Positions 54,511 to 64,000 of a stretch of 64,000 nucleotides of DNA are shown one piece after another; the stretch's first letter is position 1, and each line of letters begins with the position of its first letter. Origin of the DNA: Parasitella parasitica NRRL 2501 (lineage: Eukaryota; Fungi; Mucoromycota); NCBI GenBank assembly GCA_025201805.1, contig MU619243.1, positions 141,236 to 205,235 of the forward strand. The letters are read 5' to 3'. Below the pieces are notes generated by a model. The model did not search any database. It was not told where the DNA came from and was given only the letters and a program-made list of their open reading frames with translations. The position numbers were made by a program, and so were the translations under genes.

Positions 54511-55248
54511 TTACAATGCATAGCCAAATGAATGATGCTGATTCTTTCTACCCATACCAATAGGCTGCTGGCCGTGTTTGTTGACCAAAGCAGTAGGCTG
54601 CTGGTATGAATAATAGGGCTGTGGTTGCACATTATGGCGACGGCTCCACGGCGATTGATCAGCCCATAGTGAGTTGGATGAAGTCAAATCATCCACAATG
54701 GCACCTTTACGCCAGTCACCTGTCCAGCTGCGGACAAATGCCAAGAAACGTAATTTCTCTTCTTCTGTGACAAATTGGTCAGAAAGAGAGGAGACATCGG
54801 AATCAGAAGAATGGGTAGTGTCTGGTGAATTAGAGCGAGAGATAGTTGACGTAGTGGGTGTAGTGGTGGCAGGGGAAGCGATGGAGGTCGTGTTATTGGT
54901 ATTTATAAATTCATTGTTCAAGAAATTGTGATTGGTATGATTACATGTATTAGATGGTGGAGTGGTTGCATTGTTGGTATTGAATTTTTTTTCTAATGAT
55001 GGTCTCTTTTTGTGTTGGCTATCAGCAATAGGTGCTTTTAGAACCAACTGTTTCAATCTCTCGATTTCCTGTTCGTAGTCAACACAAGACTTCATACCAG
55101 CAAATGGATCATCGACAGCAGGCTGCTGTTGATGTGGTTGTTGCTGTTGTTGATATTGCTTCTTCTTAGAAACAACTTCGGTCCATTTGCTATTGTCATC
55201 GTCTTTCCATCTGGCAGTATTCGTTGTTGTTGTTATTCTGTATACCAT
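54511..55248 (-). CDS. Uncharacterised low-complexity 245-aa protein
   Basis: ATG-initiated intronless ORF, T/S/Q-rich, with helical islands YEQEIERLKQLV and EEEKLRFLAFVRSWTG. Confidence 0.65.
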   Translation of the reverse strand: MVYRITTTTNTARWKDDDNSKWTEVVSKKKQYQQQQQPHQQQPAVDDPFAGMKSCVDYEQEIERLKQLVLKAPIADSQHKKRPSLEKKFNTNNATTPPSNTCNHTNHNFLNNEFINTNNTTSIASPATTTPTTSTISRSNSPDTTHSSDSDVSSLSDQFVTEEEKLRFLAFVRSWTGDWRKGAIVDDLTSSNSLWADQSPWSRRHNVQPQPYYSYQQPTALVNKHGQQPIGMGRKNQHHSFGYAL

Positions 55249-55530
55249 TGTTTAATATATAAATAATTGAATCTGTTTTCAATGAGCCAGGGCCCAATAA
55301 AAAATCTGAACTGTAAAAAGGCAAAAAGGTGTGGAAGAAAGAAAACAAAAACAAAAAAAAAAAAAGAAAAGAAAAAAGAATGATTTATAATTTTTAATGA
55401 AAAAGGAGTTTTTTTCCTATACCAAAACCATGGCTTTAAAGCAATGAACCTCGATTCCTGACCCAGGACAATCCACATCTCAGTGTGGCTTTTTTTTTTT
55501 TTTTTTTTCGTTTATTCTGGAACGTTTGAG

Positions 55531-56079
55531 TTAAATCCTCTTCCTTTTTCTAATCATTGGAGTATGATTGGCGGATTCTTTTTGCTCTGGTCGTCGTTGC
55601 TGAATAGGTCCAATGTGCACTGTTTCCTGTTTATAGTCGGTAGTTGTGGATGATGGCCTCCTTTTTCTGGGCTTCTCAGCTGTAGCAAAGGCTAATAATT
55701 TGGAGTGAACGGATTCAATTCGATCTTGAAACTTGACTCTTGTATCATCGAATGTTTCGTAGTGAGGTGCATAGCTCACACGTAACAAATTGGTAAAAAA
55801 TGGTCTATCATCTAACTTGCGTTTGGCCATACGAGATGATTTAATTGTGTCATACTTTATCCAATGTACATCGGCATATTCCGTGCTTGAGTCATGCTCA
55901 TCTAGTATTCGATGATCTTGGACCACTCCAAATTGGCCGAATCGCATCAGCAATTCCTTGGTCACTCCCAAGTTTGGCACATTTTCGATTATCAGATATC
56001 GTGACTCCTGTGCAATGGTGTAGACGCATACTGCTTTAGGCACTTTGGGATCACGATACTCTAATCTTGTGGTCGACAT
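55531..56079 (-). CDS. RBM48: RNA-binding protein 48 (RRM; minor-spliceosome factor)
   Basis: KAVCVYTIAQESRYLIIENVP..GV.KEL...F, W.K......SR.AKRKLDDR.FF...L.VSYAP.YET..DTR.K matches the RBM48 family signature as I recall it. Confidence 0.88.
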   Translation of the reverse strand: MSTTRLEYRDPKVPKAVCVYTIAQESRYLIIENVPNLGVTKELLMRFGQFGVVQDHRILDEHDSSTEYADVHWIKYDTIKSSRMAKRKLDDRPFFTNLLRVSYAPHYETFDDTRVKFQDRIESVHSKLLAFATAEKPRKRRPSSTTTDYKQETVHIGPIQQRRPEQKESANHTPMIRKRKRI

Positions 56080-58052
56080 TTGTGATTCAACTAGATGAAG
56101 AGTGAGAATCTTTGTGTAGAGCTTGTGCAGAGGTGGGAATCGTGACTCTTTTGATCTTCGAAATTGGCGGCAATCTGAGAACAAGGATGTGTGATCACAT
56201 CTTCAAATCAATCTATCAAAAGAGCACAATTGATATTTATCCAATGCGCTGTTACGCTGACATGTACCTCTGTGACACCACATATTTCATATATATTAAA
56301 AAGAGTCAGGAAGGGAAGACTGGACAAAGATTCTAGTGTAAAGATCCTAAAAAAGTCTGAAATATTATAAGCGCTTGAAATTACTTTATACTTCTAATTT
56401 TGACTGCAGTGTAATACGAATGGTCATTTGCGATAGATTGCGATGGAATAATATATATCACACGCTCTTGAAATGATTCAGACTTGGCCAAACATCAGAT
56501 GGTAAAAAGTTATTAGCTGCTTACTGCCACGTCAAATCCAGGCACAGTTTAAAAAGTGTTGATATAAATTGTTTTTCGCCCAATGTTGTCATCAGCATAG
56601 AGTATTTAAAGTATTGTACAAGAAATCGAGAAAATGTCTCAATACAATATTTTGTCAATCAAATAACATACGATGTTACTGCAGAACATTTGGTAAAAAC
56701 AGTTACCTACGAATCTCTTTTTTATTGAGCAAGTTCTGATACGCTAACGAGAATAAACAGAAAAAATGGTTTTGTCATCGCAGAGAATATAGTATATTGA
56801 AGAACAAAATTCCCTACTTTTTATTGATATCATTTTAGTCAAAAAAATAACTACATGCCAACTGCTGGAGCTGTTTGTGTAGAAAAGGCATACAATAGGG
56901 AACGATATATGTGTTAAATGAAGCTGATTCCAAGCTATAGTGATACGAAGCAGTGTTGACCACTTTTTATGATAACAGGAGAAGCATGCATAAGACCCAA
57001 CTGCTGATTATAGTTTATAGAAATCAAACAGTAGTTTCTATATAAAAGCTTAAATAAAGATCATATTTATTTTTGCGGTTTTAGTCAAATCTATTTTGTA
57101 TATTTAATTATTGATTCTACTGATGTTTTTTTAGAGTTACATTTCGATAATTGCATCCAAGTAAAGGTGGCCAGCTTTCCTTTAGAACATGTACATTTCT
57201 ATAAAGAAACACGAAACTAGGTAATCCTTTGGTTCTAATAATAAATTGTCATGTCAAACCATTCATTGAGTAAATCATTTAAAACATATCATACATGGTT
57301 TATGTAAAATTACTATCGATTCAACTAATTGTTAATTAAGAGATAGTGAGGATCAAAAAAATGATGGCTTTACGTATGGCGAAATTGAAAACAAAATTAA
57401 AGCATTTTTAATAAGAAAATAAATGCAACAATATATATCTAACAATCTCAGAAGTTGATACAAGCAACTCCAATAACAACTGTCAGTGCTACATGGCAGT
57501 ATAAGCTCCTCAACCCTCCTTTACTACAAAAGAAAAAGCTCGAGTGAGGCAAACAAATTAAAAATGCTAGTTAAGATAGTCGAGCTTTGAGAAAGTTCAC
57601 GTAAATCACGCAAAAGCTTGTCAGCACTGGTCAGGCTCTGCTTGGCTATAAAGATTAGTCAATGATGTTATACGGATAGAACATACGTTGCATTTATTTT
57701 TTGTTGATAATGATCTGCATAAACCTTATAAAATTTTGATTAAAGATGATGCAAAACGTAAATCTGGTGCTGCAAATACACAACAACGCTACTCTTATGT
57801 AAAGAACGCCATTTGTTGATGACATGAAGCAATAAAAAGCAAAGCAACCTGTTCAAGCTAAAAAGAAGATACAACTTGTTTGACACCATATTGACGATGG
57901 CACATGTTATAATTCATAATGGTGGACGTTACTTTACTGAACCCATCCATAGCTCTAGGTGACTGTGCGAGACACTTTTGAAATGTTTGTGATCTACATT
58001 TTTCTTTTCTTTCCTCTTTTTTTTCTAATTACAAAAAATAAAACAACACAAA

Positions 58053-60237
58053 ATGAGTAACCAAAGAGTCGATCTGTTTTATGATGGCGCTTTATGGCTC
58101 TTCAACATTATGCTTGATGTATTTTTTCGGGAAATAAGACCTAGAGGATCGCATAAAGTTCCATTAGAAGGTCCACTCATTTTTGTGGCTGCTCCCCACG
58201 CTAACCAAGTAAGTGCATCTCACATTAATAATAATGTCAAAATTTATATAAATATTATTCCAGTTTGTAGACCCGTTGATTGTGATGAGAGAATGTAATA
58301 GACGAGTGTCATTTTTGATCGCAGCTAAATCAATGCAGCAGAAAGCCATTGGATTCCTTGCAAGTTTTTTCCATCCTAGTAATGAAGCTTTTGCCCCAAA
58401 CATTTTTGAAAAGCTATTAATCTTTATATTTAGTTCCTGTCAAAAGACCTCAGGATTTAGCAGAAGCTGGTCATGGCCGCATCCACCTTCTCAATCCCAA
58501 GACAGATCCACTGAGAATCCATGGTATTGAGACAAAATTCACTGCTCAATTGCAACCGAATGATTCCATTATCCTTCCTCGTAATGCTGGCATGTTAAAG
58601 ATTGCCCAAGTGATATCAGATACTGAACTGTTAATTGGCAGCCCCCTACACGACAAAAAGGCGTTAGATTACTTGACAAAATCGTCTGGTGCAGCTTACA
58701 AATGTTTACCTCACATTGACCAAGATTCGGTGTATGAGCGAGTGTACGAGGAATTGAATAATGGAAGCTGTATTACTATTTTTCCTGAAGGCGGCAGTCA
58801 TGATCGTGCAGAGATGTTGCCTTTCAAAGCTGGTGTCACCATTATGGCTCTGGGTGCAATGGCCAAGTTCCCAGGCCTTGATGTTAAAATTGTGCCTTGC
58901 GGTTTAAATTACTTTCATGCACATCGATTTCGCTCAAGAGCAGTGATTGAGTTCGGAAATCCAATCACCATACCGGCACATTTAGTGGAACAGTTCAAGC
59001 AAGGAGGGCAGCAAAAACGTGAGGCATGCTCCAACCTGCTGGATACTATATTTTACGCTCTCAAGTCTGTCACTGTGAACGTACCGAATGATCAGACGCT
59101 GATGGTGATTCAAGCAGCACGACGATTGTATAAGCCTGCTCATCGACGTTTGCATATTGCACAAGTTGTGGATTTGAACAGGCGGTTTGTTATTGGATAT
59201 AACTTGTATAAGGATGATCCTCGTGTGATTGATTTACGGCAAAAAGTACTGGCATATAATCAGCTGTTGAAATATCATGGGTTAAGAGACCACCAAGTAC
59301 CAGAGATCAATTTAAGGGAGTGGAGAACTTTTTTTTTGCTGTGGTACCGTGTGGCAGTCTTGGTTGTATGGGGCCTTTTGTCATTTCCAGGGTAAGTCCC
59401 GTGGCTCAAAGAAGAAGGAGACTATGTGCTCAATTATTGTATTGGTAGATCCATCTTAAACCTACCAATTGTTGTTACAGCAAAAGCTCTCAGTGCTAAA
59501 AAAGCAAAGGACGCATTAGCGAGCTCATCAGTCAAGGTTGCCGGCAGAGATGTATTAGCGACATGGAAATTCTTGGTGGGAATGGTGCTGATTCCACTGT
59601 TGTATGGATTGTACACGCTTATAGTGCTCTGGATTTGTTTGAAATCAAAATTAAACTGGTTTCAGACAATGCTATATCCACTGTTGACATGGACTATGCT
59701 TCCTTTTGTTAGCTATGCTTCCATGCGCTTTGCAGAAAATGGCGTTGATGTGTTCAAGTAAGTTTCTCTTTGACATATTTTATGATCGTTCTTGATGTTA
59801 ATGGTGCACACGCTGGGCACCTCTCTAGATCCCTGCGGCCCCTTTACGTTGCGCTTGTCGACCCTGACAGTACAGCAAATTTGCGTCAACTTCGCGAGAA
59901 ATTGTCTCAAAATATTACTAAGGTTATCAATGAAATTGGACCTGATGTATTTAGTGATTTTGATCCAGATAATGTATTCAGAAATGACAGTACAAGCCAG
60001 GAGTCTGTCAATGAGTTAGCAGAAGGCAGACGCACATTCTCTCAAATTGCGGCTGGATTCCTGACAGACACGGCAAATGTTATATTGAACGATAGCAATA
60101 TCTTCAATTGGACAAATCAAGAGGAAGAGTCCGATTCAGATGAACAGTTGTACTTTTTAGACAAAACTACAGGTGCCAATACTCCGGCCTCTGCCAGCGA
60201 TACAGATACACAAAAAAAAAAGAAAATACATGATTAA
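58053..60237 (+). CDS. SCT1: Glycerol-3-phosphate/DHAP O-acyltransferase (SCT1/GPT2 type); 5 exons
   Basis: FFREIRPRGSHKVP, APHANQFVDP, PVKRPQD, IFPEGGSHDR, VPCGLNYFHAHRFRSRAVIEFG, IQAARRLY and GRDVLATWK. Confidence 0.93.
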
Positions 60238-60491
60238 ACAACACATAGATAGCATGTAACTATTATTCTTTACTCATATTTCAATCTGTTATGACCGCTG
60301 CTGTTTGGTATTACGAGACTTATAGCTAGTCTATTCTTGAAATGCACGCATGCCGTAACCTGTCATTTCATGACAATCAAAGAATTACAAATGCTTTCAG
60401 CCACACTGAATGCCTGAATTTCAATCAAGTTCGTGTCTGCGAGACTGAAAAATAATTTTGACTTTTTTTTTTATTCAAAATTGTACATATC

Positions 60492-62048
60492 ATGGCACCT
60501 TCGACCGTCATTTTAGATAATGGCGCCCACAGCATGAAAGTTGGAATTGCTTCTGAGGGTGCTACCCCGAGGTATGTTTCCTAGATATAATACTTGGATC
60601 AATTGAAACAAAAGATATATATGTAGACTTGTGCCCAACGCCATTGTTCGCGGAAAATCGGACAAGCGACACTATGTAGGCGATCAAATGGACGACTGTA
60701 ATGATTTCTCCTCTCTCTATTATCGACTTCCCTTTGAAAAAGTTTGTACATATATTAAATTACCTAGCCTCTGAGGTATTTATTTACTTTTCATATCTGT
60801 AGGGGCTTTTAGTAAACTGGGGTATCGAGCGGACCATTTGGGATAGTTTATTCAAAAATGTTGTACCGATAGAACCCAAAGACAGCCGATTGTTAATTAC
60901 GGAGCCATGCTTCAATCTACCAGCGATACAAGACAGCTACGATCAAATTGTGTTTGAGGAATTCGAGTTTGGAGCATGTTTCCGCACAATTGGACCTGAA
61001 CTTTGTTTACTGAATGATTTAGGAGCTCTATTTGGCGATAATCCGTCAGGATCCGTCCCTGATTGTGCGTTGGTAGTAGATTCGGGATACTCATTTACAC
61101 ATATTATCCCCTTTTTGAAGGGCAAGGCGATACCAGAAGGGGTTCGACGTATCAATGTGGGCGGAAAACTGTTGACAAATCAGTTGAAGGAAGTGGTATC
61201 ATTTCGATCCTATGACATGATGGAAGAAACGTATATTATAAACGACGTAAAGGAAAAGTGCTGCTTTGTCTCAAAAGATGTGTACCAGGATTTGGACATT
61301 TGCAAGTAGGTTTATTTGAGATAAAGCTTTTGCTTATCTAACAATTCTTAACAGAAAGCCGTCTGCAAAGAACACTATCATACAGGAGTATGTATTGCCA
61401 GACTTTATCAATAGTACTACTGGACGTATTAGAAGCAGGTCAGCAGCCACAGATAGATCATTAACAGATCAACAAATACTTGTAATGAATAACGAACGAT
61501 TCATGATACCCGAGATTCTAATGCATCCATCTGACATTGGTTTGGAGCAAGCAGGGATACCTGAAGCAATCTCGCAAAGTGTCAAGGCATGTGATCCAGG
61601 TAAAATTATTAGACTATATGTTTTCAACGAAAGGAATCACCCTTACATTCTTATATAAAGCTATACACGGACTTTTATTTGCGAACATTATCCTCGTAGG
61701 TGGTAATGCCAACATCCCAGGCTATGTGGGAAGAATGTAAGCTATTATTAGTTTCTAAACAAGTAAGCTTGCATATTTACATTCTGCGTAGCGAGCAAGA
61801 GCTTCGTCAACTTGTACCTATTGATTATGATATTCGAATTGCAAATCCAGAAAAGTAAGTCTATTTTGTCCACTGATTGAATTTTTTTATTAATTAGAAA
61901 CAGCCCTACAACTTTTGCCTGGGAAGGAGGCAATCGATTGATTTCAATAAGCACAGAAAAGGAATTACAGAAAACATTTGTACAGCGTAAAGAATATTTG
62001 GAATACGGTAGTGATATTTGCAGAAGGAAATTTAGTACATTCAATTAA
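60492..62048 (+). CDS. ARP6: Actin-related protein 6 (SWR1 complex); 7 exons
   Basis: [78 protein letters not shown] and [14 protein letters not shown]. Confidence 0.93.
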
Positions 62049-62199
62049 AAATGGTGACCCTCTTCACGGTTACACACCACAAATGTAATAAGAAAAAATC
62101 AAATTTAACGTGATGTATATCTCATACAACATCGCAGCAAAATAGAATGTCTGGAATTTCGCTGTCCAGGTATATATGATATGTACACTAAAGATAAAA

Positions 62200-62232
62200 A
62201 GAGAGAGAGAGAGAGAGTGTGTGTGTGTGTGT
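62200..62232 (+). repeat. Compound (GA)n(GT)n microsatellite
   Basis: Visible dinucleotide runs downstream of ARP6. Confidence 0.85.
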
Positions 62233-64000
62233 TTGAAGTTAATTTCATGGCGTCTTTCGTTAAAGACTTTTATACAAATATCATTTAAATATACATTTTT
62301 CATTTTTCCACACTCTCTTCACTAAAATAAAAAGGATAGTGATAAACACTCATATTTATAAATAAACAAGTAAAATTGCCTTGCTTTTAACGAGTTGAGA
62401 ATGAATACAAAAAGGTTCATATATTGTTCAATGCAAATATGTTACAACTGTTAGCTATTTTTTCTTGGTCAGATAAGCGTGATCTAAATGTACCCAGCAG
62501 GGTAGAGATCCATTAAACTGCTAATAACATAAATTACTTAAAAGGTAATTATCTTGCCATGTAACCATGGTAACACGAAAGCTAGGCCTTTATTTTTATA
62601 TGTTTAGCAACAATAACCAAATGATAAATAAAGAAAGCCCATCATGATCAAACAATAAATTAAGAAAAACAAAAAAGTTGCCCCTGACCATCCTGTCTAA
62701 AGAATTGCGTTTAAGCTGATTTTCCCCAGATTTTGCTAAACAAGATAAAAGACTATTTCTTGGATTCTTGGCAATAAACGCCAAACATGATATCAGTGGC
62801 GTCTTTGACTAAAATGTAGCCGAAGAGTGTCTAGACAGGGTCGTTCTTGGTGTCTTCTGAAATCCGCTTATTAAATGTGATATAAATAGTATAGGAATGA
62901 CAGATTAATGATTAATACCTGTGATGGAACCAGTTTATCCATTTGTCTTGGCTTGTGTACACTTTACTATCCAACACAAAATGGGTTTCAATCATATCAG
63001 ACATATCAACAAAGATCTGCGTTTTGTTGATTAGAAATATTCAGCATCATGACATTGTTTATAAAGTAAATTCTATGACATTTGCATCGATAGATTCGGT
63101 TCAGTAGGAGATGAAAAATAGTTATCATAACATCATCATATCAAGGGATAATGCGAGGAGATTGAAGGGATAGTACTATATAGATGCTCTCTCCAGGAGA
63201 GGGAGAGGAATGGTTACCCGAACTTTGCAAGAAAGTTACCTTATGAAATGAGCAAATGATCTATTTTTGGCTTATTGCGCCTGAATATCTCCATCATATT
63301 ATAATGTAATGTTACAGCTGTATTACTATTTGTGTTTAAGGATAAGCTGAACTATAGAGTAGCGATTGTCTTGCGTATAGTATAAACTTCTTCATGCTAT
63401 ACCAATTGTAGGCACAATAAACCATCGTTTCATGCAATCACCTCAGTTATTTACACGTAAATCTCTTTACACACGGTCTCTTTGATGGCAGCTGCGGAGA
63501 TCATGTAATAATAGCTTTCAGTTAATTGAAGCTAATGCATTTTTAAATCTGACGTTACACAAAAATTAGGAGAAAATATAAAGTAGCACTACTGTGAGAT
63601 CCAGGCACCTCGAAAGAAACACCAATAATTTGATTGAAACTCACTCTTGATTGCCCTTTTCGCTTGGAACCTATATTTATATTTATATGTGGGTCGGGAA
63701 ACCTGAGGAGACCAAAAGGAAACCTCTGATTTCATATCCCGCAGGCAATTAATTGAACTTATTCAAGAGGAAACTTCAATAAGTCGACTTATTTGAAGGT
63801 TGGGAAACCTGTAATAAATTTATTAGTTTATATAGCAGATGATATATGATGCCTCAAATATTTTGCTATATAACTATAACTTTATACATCACAAAAAAAA
63901 CTAATATATTGTGTAAAAGACTTTTTTTATTTAGAGTAATGTAAAAATTAAATCACTATTTTTTGAAAGGTAATCTAATGATTTTTTGTTTCTAACTCGC

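Noticed and set aside
56300-58000. Long intergenic stretch searched for tRNA, snoRNA or snRNA (also 11100-12000, 16100-17400, 23200-25800, 48400-49900)
   Set aside because: No convincing cloverleaf, C/D box pair with terminal stem, or Sm-site RNA was seen by eye. An Infernal/tRNAscan run is needed to exclude them.

Overview
Eukaryotic, AT-rich, gene-dense fungal DNA with many short (~50-70 nt) GT-AG introns. Gene content and style point to an early-diverging fungus, most likely Mucorales (inference). About 20 protein-coding genes were reconstructed by hand. They include a PlsC-family lysophospholipid acyltransferase (5'-partial), MET1/CysG-type siroheme synthase, CTP synthase, an N-domain-less AFG2/CDC48-like AAA ATPase, an Ssd1-like RNase II pseudonuclease, MCM6, RPT1, an ACS-family MFS permease, VPS35, RPN10, RPL16/uL13, a Ysc84/SH3YL1 homolog, RBM48, a GPAT (SCT1/GPT2-type), ARP6 and several orphans. 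A decayed transposon island (Helitron plus IS630-Tc1 fragments) lies at ~30-35 kb, and a TA-flanked MITE with ~190-bp inverted repeats at 44754-45991. The most notable observations are: (1) the acyltransferase frame is best restored by a single-nucleotide exon (G293) between two normal-sized introns; (2) a 129-aa secreted precursor with an acidic/His-rich segment and a KR-EA-PA site that would release a +9 cationic peptide; (3) a long-range base-paired intron in RPL16 that buries an alternative in-frame acceptor; (4) a GC-AG intron, a 14-nt microexon and a duplicated poison acceptor in the Ysc84-like gene. Two 10-N scaffold gaps are present. No rRNA, tRNA or CRISPR array was recognised. All gene models are manual and unverified by RNA data.
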